Source: Thermoplasmata archaeon (lineage in GTDB: Archaea; Thermoplasmatota; Thermoplasmata; Lutacidiplasmatales; UBA184). From it: a DNA stretch of 64,000 bases. A program made the position numbers and the translations under genes. The stretch lies in contig JAKAYT010000003.1 in NCBI GenBank assembly GCA_021826685.1, positions 7,980-71,979 of the forward strand. The letters run 5' to 3'. Shown here piece after piece: positions 17,948 through 26,903 of this stretch (the first letter of the stretch is position 1; each line of letters begins with the position of its first letter). A model generated the notes under the pieces. The model ran no database searches and had not been told where the DNA came from. It saw nothing but the letters and a program-made list of their open reading frames with translations.

Positions 17948-18346
17948 GCCCCCGCCAGTCCCCGAGGCAGATAACTTCGGTCGCACCGGCGACGACCGGC
18001 CGATGAGGACTCCCCTTCGACGCGCCTCGCGTTCGTACCCTCTGGCCTCGGTGCGATCGTCGGGGGTGAGGGAAGGTAGGCCGGGAAGTACTCGACGTAG
18101 CGACTTGGAGCCGCCCAGGACCCGCTGCCAGCGTCCCACGCAAATCGCCCTCGGTCGGATGCTTGGATCAAACGGAGTGTCGAACGTCGCGGGACGCCGC
18201 CACGAGACCACTCGAAGAAACCCCGGGCAGCGTCGGGTCGAGCTCTTCCGCCGGCCACCCACGAACGACATCCTTCGGGAGCCGCCGGTGGAGCCCAACC
18301 GCCAGGGTCCCGGGAGAGACGAGCGAGGGGGCTGTCGCTGCGAACG

Positions 18347-18538
18347 TCAGGCGCCCGGTTCTCGGACGGCGCCGACGAAGGTGCATACGTACGCCGCCGG
18401 CGGGACGGGTCCCGGAGGCAGCCTTCGCTTCGCTCGAATGTAGCAGAACATGCAGACGACCTCCCCGTTCGCGAACTGGTGCCACTCGGCGGCGTGGCGG
18501 CAGTTGAACACCTCGCACGGCTGATCCCTAGCCCACAT
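18347..18538 (-). CDS. Hypothetical small Cys-containing protein (63 aa)
   Basis: MWARDQPCEVFNCRHAAEWHQFANGEVVCMFCYIRAKRR suggests a zinc ribbon. This is the only non-overlapping part of a longer track ORF that otherwise runs antisense to the FAD oxidoreductase. Confidence 0.3.
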   Translation of the reverse strand: MWARDQPCEVFNCRHAAEWHQFANGEVVCMFCYIRAKRRLPPGPVPPAAYVCTFVGAVREPGA

Positions 18539-18682
18539 CCGATCTTCCCCGGGAACGAACGACCGCGGCGCATATCTGGATATGGTCGTGGAGCTCGGGG
18601 CGGGATTCCCGCGGCCGAACAACATTTCATAGCACGCCCTTTCGGCGGTCGATCGCCGCGGAGCTCGCGGGGCGAGGAAGGA

Positions 18683-20071
18683 ATGCCGACGAAGGGCCGG
18701 TACGATGTGGTGATCGTCGGCGCCGGCGCCATGGGCCTCGCCTCGGCCCACCATCTCATCGACCGGCGGCCGGAGCTTTCCATCCTGGTCGTCGATGCGC
18801 GCGCGGGCCCCGGCGAAGGGTCCATGGGGGCGAGCGCCGCCATGGTGCGGGACGTGTTCAGCTCTTCCGATAACCGGCAGCTCGCGCAGAGTTCGATCGC
18901 CTTCTACCGGCATCTCATGGACGAGCACGAGGAACTCCAAGGGCCCTCCCCACTCCTCGACCTCTACGGCTACCTCTGGTTGCTACCGGAGCGCTACATG
19001 GACGAGTACCGGGACTTGGTCCGGGGGAGCGGGGGCGCGTTGGATGCCCGGATGATCGAGCTCTCCGACCTGCGATCGTGCCCCGGCCTCGATCCGACGC
19101 CCGCCCGATGGTTCGAAGGGGACACCGCGGCGCCCCCGGACGCGATCGCGGGTGGCCTGTTCGGTCGCAACTGCGGGGCGGTCGCTCCCGAGATGCTCGC
19201 GAACTTCTACTTCGCCGCGGCTCGCGCTCGCGGCGTTGAGTTCGCGTTTGGCCTCTGGGCGCAACGGCTGTCCTTCGAAGGGCGAGAAGGGCTCCTGCTC
19301 CACGAGCCTTCGAAACTGCCGTACTCCTTCCAAGACCATGTCGAGGGTCGGCTGCGTATCGCTCGGGTCGTCTTCGGAGACGGGACATCCGTCCGGACCG
19401 ATCGGGTCATTGTGGCGGCGGGAGCGTGGGCCGAGCATCTCCTCCACCCGGTAGGGATCGCCACCGCCTGCAGCCCGCGGCCCGAACTCCTGTTCTCCGT
19501 TTCGGGTCGAGAGGTCGACGCGCTCCTCGCGTGGACCCCGCCGGTCGATCCCATCGACGCGCCTGCGGGACGGCCCCGTCTCCCGTTCCTGATCCTGCCC
19601 ACCGGGGCCACAATGAAGCCGATCTTCGGCGAGCGGCGAATCTGGATCGGGGCGGTGGACCACGTCGCGCATCCCATCGGCACCCGGGAGGACCCGGCCG
19701 CCGAGAGAGGCCTCGACTACCGCGCGGACCGTCTGGGGGATCGCGAGGCGTTCGCGACCGACGTGCTGCCCGCCGTCACTCCTTACTTCCCGAGGTTCGA
19801 TACGACCGGGCTGCGCCTCGAGAGATCCTGGGGCGGCTACTATCACTTCAGCCCAGAGGGCCTTCCCGTGCTCACGGAGGAGGCGTGCGGAGTGATCTTC
19901 ATCGGGGGAGATTCGGGAAGCGGCGTGATGAAGGCCGACTCGATCGGCCGCCTCGTTGCCGCGCTCTACGACGGGGCCCGCGAGGCCCGGCTCTTTCAGG
20001 GGGGCGCCTATCGGCTGGACCGGCTGTCGCTCCACCGTCGCGCGGTCGAGGAGGAGCGGATCATCCTCTGA
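18683..20071 (+). CDS. FAD-dependent oxidoreductase (DAO family)
   Basis: MPTKGRYDVVIVGAGAMGLASAHHL is a dinucleotide-binding GxGxxG motif. VIVAAGAWA and GGDSGSGVMKADSIGR also fit. Start at ATG 18683. Confidence 0.8.
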   Translation: MPTKGRYDVVIVGAGAMGLASAHHLIDRRPELSILVVDARAGPGEGSMGASAAMVRDVFSSSDNRQLAQSSIAFYRHLMDEHEELQGPSPLLDLYGYLWLLPERYMDEYRDLVRGSGGALDARMIELSDLRSCPGLDPTPARWFEGDTAAPPDAIAGGLFGRNCGAVAPEMLANFYFAAARARGVEFAFGLWAQRLSFEGREGLLLHEPSKLPYSFQDHVEGRLRIARVVFGDGTSVRTDRVIVAAGAWAEHLLHPVGIATACSPRPELLFSVSGREVDALLAWTPPVDPIDAPAGRPRLPFLILPTGATMKPIFGERRIWIGAVDHVAHPIGTREDPAAERGLDYRADRLGDREAFATDVLPAVTPYFPRFDTTGLRLERSWGGYYHFSPEGLPVLTEEACGVIFIGGDSGSGVMKADSIGRLVAALYDGAREARLFQGGAYRLDRLSLHRRAVEEERIIL

Positions 20072-20118
20072 ACCCGGCCCTACGCATCGGACCGGCCGGT
20101 CGCGGGAGGCGGTCCCGG

Positions 20119-20868
20119 TCACCTCTCGAGGAAGTGACGGGCCCCGTCGATCGCGAATCGGACATCCGAGGCAAGCGCGATGAACCGGAAGCCGAGATCG
20201 AGCGCCGCCTGCTTCTCCTCGCGGTTGATCACGAGCGTCCCGGCGATCTTGCCGTGCCGCTCGCAGGATCGGACGACCTGGCCCATCGCTTCGCGGACCT
20301 TCGGATGGGTCCGTTCGTCCATCAAGCCGAGGTTCAGTGTCAGGTCCTGCGGGCCAACGAACAGCAGGTCGACGCCCTTCGTGGCCGCGATGGACTCCAC
20401 GTTCGCGAGGCCGTCCCGGGTCTCGATCTGGACGCCGACCATCGTCTCGGCGTTGGCATGGCGCAAGTAATGGGCCAGGTCCAGTCCGTACCGGGACGCG
20501 GCGGCGGCCGCGATCCCTCGGACCCCGTCGGGCGGGTACTTGGCGTAGGCGACGGTGGCTCGGGCCTGCGCCTCCGAGCTCACGAGCGGCACGAGGATTC
20601 CCTGGGCGCCCGAGTCCAGCGCTTGCTTGACGAGGTATGGATCGACGTCGCCGACGCGCACGAGGGGCGCGGGACCGTCGCGCCCCAGCACCGCCACCAT
20701 GGCCGCGAGGGTCTCGGGGTTCACCTGAGCGTGCTCGGTGTCGATCACGAACCAATCGAAACCCAAGCCCCGAAGCGCGTCGAGGTGCACGAGCGAGGGA
20801 GAGGAGATCCAAGTCCCGAAGGACGGAGCGCTCGACGAGGCGATACGATCCTTGAGGGGAGACGGCAC
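20119..20868 (-). CDS. HpcH/HpaI family 2-keto-3-deoxy-acid aldolase
   Basis: GFDWFVIDTEHAQVN, GILVPLVSSEAQA, YPPDGVRG, VGVQIETRDGLANVESIA and LLFVGPQDLTLNLG. Confidence 0.85.
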   Translation of the reverse strand: MPSPLKDRIASSSAPSFGTWISSPSLVHLDALRGLGFDWFVIDTEHAQVNPETLAAMVAVLGRDGPAPLVRVGDVDPYLVKQALDSGAQGILVPLVSSEAQARATVAYAKYPPDGVRGIAAAAASRYGLDLAHYLRHANAETMVGVQIETRDGLANVESIAATKGVDLLFVGPQDLTLNLGLMDERTHPKVREAMGQVVRSCERHGKIAGTLVINREEKQAALDLGFRFIALASDVRFAIDGARHFLER

Positions 20869-21134
20869 GAGGAGGTCCTCCCCGGTAAGGGAGTGAGTCC
20901 ACGGAAGAGCCTTGCGGGACGGGTGAGTTGCGGGCCGATGCCAAAGGGCATAGGGGCGATGGGCCCCGTTTCGTCGGTTGCCGACGTACTTCGCAACTAC
21001 CCTATGGACGTGGGGACTCCCGAGGACCCGGAGATGGGGTGACGTTCGCTCCCACGGAGAGGTACTTCGGCCGAACGACTCGGTAACAGTAAACCTCTAT
21101 ACCCATCGGCCTCGTCCCAACTTGGTGGAGACCC

Positions 21135-21863
21135 ATGGTCGATTACCCGGCGATCGCAACGCAGCTCAAGCGTCAGCTGGGCCTCGGCATGGCTCCCGTC
21201 CAGATCTCCTATCTGGATGAACCTCCGGCCGGTCTGCCGCAGCACGAGGGCGGGGTCCCTTCCGTGTGCACGTTCTTTGCGTTCGGCACGGAGAAGGCAT
21301 TCTACGCGGCTCTTCCCCAGCACGAAGATTGCGAGATCGGAGCATTTGTCCTTGGCGTGCCCGCTCGGGGAGAGGTGGGCGGACGGCTCTTGTCGAGCAT
21401 CGAGATGATGCAGAAGGTCGGCTACCTGAACCCGGGGGAGGAGACCCGCGTCCCCCACAATACGGTGCCGCCGAAGTTCGTCGCCTACGGCCCCCTCGGC
21501 ACGCTCCCGATGCCCCCGACGGTCGTGCTGATGTTCACGAACCCGAAGGGAGCGATGCTGGCCACGGAGGCGGCGGGCTCCGGCACGGATGCGAAACCGG
21601 TGCCGATGAACAGCCGGCCCATGTGCGCCATCGTGCCGATCATGAATCAGGGCGCCCCGGTCGCGGTCTCGTTCGGATGCATCGGATCGCGGATCTACGC
21701 CGACCTTGGGATCGACCAGATGGTCATCGGCGTCCGCGGCGATCACCTTGCCGAGTTTGCGAAGAAGCTCGACACCATCGTGGCGGCGAACGCCACCATC
21801 GGCGCGGAGGATCAGGCCCGAAAGGACGCGGCTTCCCGCGCGCATCGCCCTCTCGCTCGCTGA
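21135..21863 (+). CDS. DUF169 domain protein
   Basis: SVCTFFAFGTEKAFYAALPQHEDCEIGAFVLGV and RPMCAIVPIM...VSFGCIGSRIY resemble the conserved Cys blocks of DUF169 (COG2043). Confidence 0.6.
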   Translation: MVDYPAIATQLKRQLGLGMAPVQISYLDEPPAGLPQHEGGVPSVCTFFAFGTEKAFYAALPQHEDCEIGAFVLGVPARGEVGGRLLSSIEMMQKVGYLNPGEETRVPHNTVPPKFVAYGPLGTLPMPPTVVLMFTNPKGAMLATEAAGSGTDAKPVPMNSRPMCAIVPIMNQGAPVAVSFGCIGSRIYADLGIDQMVIGVRGDHLAEFAKKLDTIVAANATIGAEDQARKDAASRAHRPLAR

Positions 21864-21941
21864 GCGGCCGGAGCGAGAAGGCAGGATCCAGCGCTCCCGG
21901 CACAGGGCATCGTCTTAGCCCTCCGAACGCGTTGGGAGGAC

Positions 21942-23399
21942 GTGCCCCGCTCCGAGGTGGTGCGTCGGCGATCCGCCGCTCGCGCAACGGGTCGACGGCG
22001 CGTGAGCGATCGTTCGGCCGCGCGCTCCCCCGCGAGCCCCGAGACCGAGAACGCGGAGCTGAAGGAACTCCTTTCCGAGCTTTCCCACACCGATGGGAGT
22101 CGCGCCAACCGTGCGGCACTTCGTCTGGGCGAACTCGGGGAGGCTCGCGCTGTGGACTCGCTGGAGACCGCCCTGTCGAGCCCGGACCTGAGGACCCGAA
22201 TAGGAGCCGCCTCCGCCCTCGGTACGATCGGCCGTCCAAAGAGTCGGAAGGCGCTCGAAGGAGCGCTCGCGGACCCCGACCCCCGGGTCCGAGCGCAAGC
22301 CGCCTACGCGCTCTCTCGGCTGCACGATCGAAGGTCGACGGCGGCGCTCACCGATCGGCTCTCACACGACCCCAGCGCGGCCGTCCGCTACGCCAGCGCG
22401 CTGGCCCTCGGCCGTATCGGCGATCGACGCTCCATCGACGCTCTCGAGCGAGCGTTGGAGGACGAGTCCGACCGGGTCCGGAGAGAGGCGATCCTCGCTC
22501 TCGAGCGGTCGGGCGACCCGAGCGCGGCGAAGAAGGTGCGGCGCTTCCTGAAGGACCCCGCACGCAGAGTCCGGATCGCGACGGCGGTCGTGATGGGCCT
22601 TCGTCGAGATCGGGCGGGGGCCCGGCAGCTGATCGAGCATTCGCTCGAGTGCGACGCCTGGGAGCGTCCCGCGCTCGTCGTCGCGCTCGGGCGCATCGGC
22701 ACTCGGGAATGCGGCGAGGCATTGGCCCGAGCCGCGGACGACCCGGAACGATGGGTTCGGGTTTGCGCCCTCCATGGGCTCGCCGAGATGCGGGCGCCGA
22801 ATGCCGCGAGAGTGGCGCGCGCCAAGGCCCATGATCGATCCTGGTCCGTGCGAGGCGCCGCCGCTCTCGCCCTCGGACGCGTGGGCGCTCGTACCGATGC
22901 GAGCCTCCTCCTCTCCCTCTTGGACGATCCGCATCCTTGGCCCCGGCGCGGAGCGATCTACGCGCTCGGACAGCTTGGCATCAAGAAGGGCCGGCCCCGG
23001 ATCCGACTGGCGCTCCACGAGCCAGACCCCGAGATCCGACTGGCCGCCATCTGGGCGCTCGGTCAGCTCCGAGACCACGCGAGCGTGGAACCGTTGGTGC
23101 GGCAACTCCGGGCCACCCGACCCCAGCTGTCTTCGAACCGCCCGACGGTGGCGCGAGGAGACGGATCCGTCCGGCTCGTGTCGGATGCCGACTCCCGCCG
23201 TTTCGATGCCCTCGTCCAGGCCGTCGCGCGGATCGCCTGGAGCTTTCAGGACGCGGCCGCGATACGGGCGTTGGAGGATGTGCTCGGATCCCTTCCCAAA
23301 CACGAGCTCGGCCGGCCGGCCCGCCTCCCGACCCCGATCGGCACCAGCGCGTCTACGGCGACACTACGCGATCTTTTCGCCCCGACCCGCAAGCGGTAG
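21942..23399 (+). CDS. HEAT-repeat (PBS-lyase-type) protein
   Basis: At least 10 tandem ~31-aa units of the form D.D..VR..AA.ALG.IGD.RA...L. Examples: LADPDPRVRAQAAYALSRLHDRRS and LEDESDRVRREAILALERSGDPSA. Confidence 0.75.
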   Translation: MPRSEVVRRRSAARATGRRRVSDRSAARSPASPETENAELKELLSELSHTDGSRANRAALRLGELGEARAVDSLETALSSPDLRTRIGAASALGTIGRPKSRKALEGALADPDPRVRAQAAYALSRLHDRRSTAALTDRLSHDPSAAVRYASALALGRIGDRRSIDALERALEDESDRVRREAILALERSGDPSAAKKVRRFLKDPARRVRIATAVVMGLRRDRAGARQLIEHSLECDAWERPALVVALGRIGTRECGEALARAADDPERWVRVCALHGLAEMRAPNAARVARAKAHDRSWSVRGAAALALGRVGARTDASLLLSLLDDPHPWPRRGAIYALGQLGIKKGRPRIRLALHEPDPEIRLAAIWALGQLRDHASVEPLVRQLRATRPQLSSNRPTVARGDGSVRLVSDADSRRFDALVQAVARIAWSFQDAAAIRALEDVLGSLPKHELGRPARLPTPIGTSASTATLRDLFAPTRKR

Positions 23400-23431
23400 G
23401 GCTAGGTCCGCGATGGGGGGCCCCAGCGCCC

Positions 23432-23971
23432 TCACGATCGTGGCCGCGGGCGGGCCGACGCGGGCCGGAGACTCAGGGAACGCAGACCCGGTTGCGTGCG
23501 GACCAACAGATGAAGGTCGGCGGCCGTCAGTCGCAGATCCCGTGAACCGACCTCCCGGAACGGCGTTCGATTTCGGAACCGAAGAAGGCCGACGGCGGAG
23601 CCGAGCGCTCGATTCTCCCACAGATCCTCGCGACGGGGGACGCGCTGAGGGTCGACGGAGGAGCCGACGATCGGGAGCGGGGGATCGAAGAGTCCGTCGC
23701 AGATCGTGCGGGCGCCCAGGGCTTTCCATCGTTCTTCGGCTTCCAGAAGATGGCCCCAAGCGACCCACGTGGGCGGGCCCGGTAGACTCTGAAGAAACAG
23801 CACGAGCTGACCCGGGACCTTACCTCCGGATTGGGCGTCGAGCCACTGGTTTTCCCCGCCGACGCGTAGCCAGCGAACGAGCGGCTCGTCCTCCCCGGCC
23901 TGGATCACCCACCCGATGGTGAGGTCCGGTCGGAACGGGAGGGCCCAACGATCGACCGGAGAATCCACCAT
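23432..23971 (-). CDS. Hypothetical Trp-rich protein, possibly the 3-prime part of a frameshifted longer gene
   Basis: MVDSPVDRWALPFRPDLTIGWVIQAGEDEPLVRWLRVGGENQWLDAQSGG...TWVAWGHLLEAEERWKALG. The upstream part of the track ORF is Arg-rich. A protein-like ORF in another frame (23905-24120) abuts it. Confidence 0.4.
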   Translation of the reverse strand: MVDSPVDRWALPFRPDLTIGWVIQAGEDEPLVRWLRVGGENQWLDAQSGGKVPGQLVLFLQSLPGPPTWVAWGHLLEAEERWKALGARTICDGLFDPPLPIVGSSVDPQRVPRREDLWENRALGSAVGLLRFRNRTPFREVGSRDLRLTAADLHLLVRTQPGLRSLSLRPASARPRPRS

Positions 23972-24356
23972 TTCGTCTCGGATGCCGCATCCCCCCAGTC
24001 CAACGCCCAGTATCTGCTCTCGGCCCCCACCGAGCCGAAGAGCCGGCTGTCCCCGAAATCCCTCGCCCACCCATGAGCCTGCCTCGGGAGGGGTTCCGTG
24101 ACCTCCATGACCCCCGTCATGGACTCTCCTACCGTCGGAGGTTCGCTCGAAGGGTACGACCCGATGCAACGTCAAAGGATTCTTGACCCGGGAGGGGGAA
24201 GCGCGAGCTGACGGGGATGTTCCGTGGTGACCGACAGGAACATCCCCGGGCCAAGGAGCCCACGATCGGCTGGCGGCTGCTCCGCCCGCACGACGGGCTA
24301 CCGGAGAACGACGGGACGCCCGGACCCCGACGCCGAATCGCGCTCTCGCACCCGAT

Positions 24357-24863
24357 CTAGGCACGACGCGCGCAGATTGGGCAGCGCCACGAGGTGTCCT
24401 TCGGGTCCTGCACGAAGAACACCGGCGTCGCATGCTTCCGGCGGTAGCAGACGAACAACCGGCGATCGGATCCGTCGCGGGCGCGGAACGGATAGACCCT
24501 CCAGTACACTACACGGACGTCCCTTCGGGGCCGGGACCGGGCCAGAAAGCGTTCGGCCGCTCGGCCCAGTTCAGGCCCATGCCGCGTCGCCACCCTCAGA
24601 TCCCGCGCACGTACCAGCGAGGCCGGTACGGACCATCCGCGTAGGGTCCGCCGGACGCGGGGCGTAGGGTCGCGCGAACCCCATTCTGCGTAGGTAGTGA
24701 CCGAGACCACGCCCGAAGGGCAGGCGCGAATCGACCAGATCCCGGGCAGCGAACTCCGCACCGATCGTACTCGGATCGGTCGATCGCAGTGACGGTAGCA
24801 GTTGCCTCCCGGCGATGCGAGGGCACGCCGTAGGACCGACGGCACCGATCCGCGCCGAGTCAC
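24357..24863 (-). CDS. Hypothetical Cys-containing protein, coupled to the upstream thioredoxin-fold gene
   Basis: The GTG at 24863 overlaps the TGA of the thioredoxin-like gene (GTGA). The C-terminal part looks coding (VVYWRVYPFRARDGSDRRLFVCYRRKHATPVFFVQDPKDTSWRCPIC). Start and N-terminal half are uncertain. Confidence 0.35.
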   Translation of the reverse strand: MTRRGSVPSVLRRALASPGGNCYRHCDRPIRVRSVRSSLPGIWSIRACPSGVVSVTTYAEWGSRDPTPRVRRTLRGWSVPASLVRARDLRVATRHGPELGRAAERFLARSRPRRDVRVVYWRVYPFRARDGSDRRLFVCYRRKHATPVFFVQDPKDTSWRCPICARRA

Positions 24864-25246
24864 GAACTCGCCCGGGCCCGAGCCTTGCGTATCCAATCGC
24901 TCGCCAGTAGGTCCCGCCACGCCTTGGCCGTGCGAGGGACCTGCTCGGAGAATCCGGTCAGGAGGTGGTCCACCTTTCCATCCGACCACTCGAGGAACAC
25001 TTGCGGGATGAGGTAGTCCGGCGAGGCGTCGCCATGCGCCCTCACCATCCGGTCGGCGAGCTTCACCTGGTTTCCTCGATCGATATCCAGAATGCGGAGC
25101 GGGACCCTCAGCCGGGCGGCGAGCCGCGTACCGTTGCGGACCGACAACGGCACGCAATGAGGGCACCACTGCGCAAGGACGATGGTGAGGCGGCGGGGCC
25201 GGGACGTGGGTTTTCGGCTAGGCACGAACGACGTACGCCTCGACAC
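24860..25246 (-). CDS. Thioredoxin-fold protein (WCPHC active site)
   Basis: LTIVLAQWCPHCVPL has a CxxC in the thioredoxin/glutaredoxin position after a beta strand. Length ~128 aa. Confidence 0.7.
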   Translation of the reverse strand: MSRRTSFVPSRKPTSRPRRLTIVLAQWCPHCVPLSVRNGTRLAARLRVPLRILDIDRGNQVKLADRMVRAHGDASPDYLIPQVFLEWSDGKVDHLLTGFSEQVPRTAKAWRDLLASDWIRKARARASS

Positions 25247-25352
25247 CTCAAAACCTCGGTGAACGCGCTACGGTGTCGTAGACATTCCCGAAAGCGGTAC
25301 AGAGGATTGATTCTTACGAGAGGAGTCATATCGCCGTTCGCGGTCGCGAAGC

Positions 25353-25892
25353 GTGGTGGCCCAATCCAAGTACGGGGTACGTATCGAGCGGAGGGTTCCG
25401 ACACGCCTCTATCCGTTCACCCGCTACTTCCACGGTTTTGACAAGGTTGCGGCCGTTCGCGAACTCTTCGGGCGCTCGACGCCCAAGGTACTGCGCGCGC
25501 TGCGCGTGGAGTTCTTCTCGGCCCGGTTCGGATACATGGGAACGAGCGACATCGACGGCCATCTTCTGATGAGCACACACCATCTCGAGGGCAGCGACCT
25601 GCGTACGCTCTACCTCGACATCGTCCACGAACTCTCCCACGTCCGGCAATTCCGCCGGCACCAGCCGTTGTTCTATCCGAAGCTGAGCTACGTGGACGCT
25701 CCATCGGAGATCGAGGCGTACCAGTTCACCGTCCGCGAGGGTCGGCGTATCGGCATGACCGACCGCGAGCTGATGGACTATCTCCGGGTCGAGTGGATCT
25801 CACCTCAGGAACTTCGCCGACTGGCCCGACTCTGCGGGGTCAAGGTCTCGCAGCCGCGACGGATGGCGCGCCGCGGACGGCTACGGCGCTGA
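25353..25892 (+). CDS. Hypothetical protein with HExxH motif (putative metallopeptidase-like)
   Basis: LYLDIVHELSHVRQ plus a downstream EIEAYQF that could supply a third ligand. No family recognised. Confidence 0.5.
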   Translation: MVAQSKYGVRIERRVPTRLYPFTRYFHGFDKVAAVRELFGRSTPKVLRALRVEFFSARFGYMGTSDIDGHLLMSTHHLEGSDLRTLYLDIVHELSHVRQFRRHQPLFYPKLSYVDAPSEIEAYQFTVREGRRIGMTDRELMDYLRVEWISPQELRRLARLCGVKVSQPRRMARRGRLRR

Positions 25893-26903
25893 GGCTCGGC
25901 AGTCCAGGACCAGTGCGCCGTCGACCCGGCCGGACTTGAGGTCGGCGAGCGCCTCGTTCGCATCCTCGAGCGGACGAACCTCCACCGTGCTCTGGAGGTG
26001 CAAACGGACCGCCAGGTCAAGGAACTCTCGTGCGTCGGCCCGCGTGTTCGCTTCGACGCTCGCGATTCGACGCTCGCCAAACAAGAGGCGGTCGTAGTCG
26101 ATGGATGGGATCGGGCTCACGTGAATACCGGCGATCGCGACCGTCGCTCCCTTGCGGACTTCCCGGAGCGCATCGATCACGACCGAGCCCGCCGGGGCGA
26201 ACACGATGGCGCCGTCGAGCGTGGGCTCGATCGACGTTCGAGGCTCCGTTGTCAGGACGCTCTCGGCCGCCCCGAGCGACCGAGCGAGGGCGAGGTGGGC
26301 CGCGGTGCGCGAATAGGCGACCGTGTCGAAACCGAGCCTCGCGGCGAGCTGCAGCGTCAGGTGCGCCGAACCGCCGAAACCAAAGAATCCAATCCGCCCG
26401 CCGAGCCGGGGCATGGCCGTCTTGAGCGCGCGATATCCGATGAGCCCCGCACAGAGCATCGGCGCCCAGCCCGCCGAGTCTCCTTCGGTAGGAAGCTTCA
26501 GCACGTAGCCCTCCTTACCCACGACGAACGGCGCGTAACCGCCGTTCTCGCTGTAGCCCGTGAACGTCTTCTCGCTGCAGAGGTTCTCGCGTCCGGTCAA
26601 GCAGTACTCGCACCGGCCGCACGTACTGTGGAGCCACGGGACGCCGACCCGATCTCCGACGGACAACGTTCGCACTCCCGGACCGAGCTGGGCGATGGTC
26701 CCTACGATCTCGTGGCCGGGGATCACCGAAGGTCGCACGGGGGGCAGATCCCCCTCGACCACGTGCAGGTCGGTGCGGCAAACGCCGCACGTATCGATCC
26801 GGACGAGGACCTCGTTTTCCTTCGGTTCCGGCACCACTACCTCTTCGGGCCACAGCGGCCGGTTCTCGACCGGGCCGGGTCCGTGGAGCACCATCGCCCT
26901 CAT
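25881..26903 (-). CDS. adh: Zinc-dependent alcohol dehydrogenase (MDR family)
   Basis: CGVCRTDLHVVEGD, GHEIVGTIA and structural-zinc CGRCEYCLTGRENLC, with GFFGFGGSAH as the cofactor loop. ATG 26903 overlaps the stop of the upstream gene (ATGA). Confidence 0.9.
   Translation of the reverse strand: MRAMVLHGPGPVENRPLWPEEVVVPEPKENEVLVRIDTCGVCRTDLHVVEGDLPPVRPSVIPGHEIVGTIAQLGPGVRTLSVGDRVGVPWLHSTCGRCEYCLTGRENLCSEKTFTGYSENGGYAPFVVGKEGYVLKLPTEGDSAGWAPMLCAGLIGYRALKTAMPRLGGRIGFFGFGGSAHLTLQLAARLGFDTVAYSRTAAHLALARSLGAAESVLTTEPRTSIEPTLDGAIVFAPAGSVVIDALREVRKGATVAIAGIHVSPIPSIDYDRLLFGERRIASVEANTRADAREFLDLAVRLHLQSTVEVRPLEDANEALADLKSGRVDGALVLDCRASAP

Noticed and set aside
18983-20944. 653-aa minus-strand ORF, plus similar very long ORFs: 19426-21042 (+), 33974-35653 (-), 38419-40014 (-), 41357-42865 (+), 43872-45092 (-), 44386-45690 (-), 48821-50473 (-), 54917-56644 (-), 21266-22834 (+), 3632-4702 (-), 4126-5235 (+)
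   Set aside because: All are Arg/Gly/Pro/Ala-dominated. All lie antisense to, or out of frame with, genes that have unmistakable conserved motifs. These are typical stop-poor shadow frames of GC-rich DNA.
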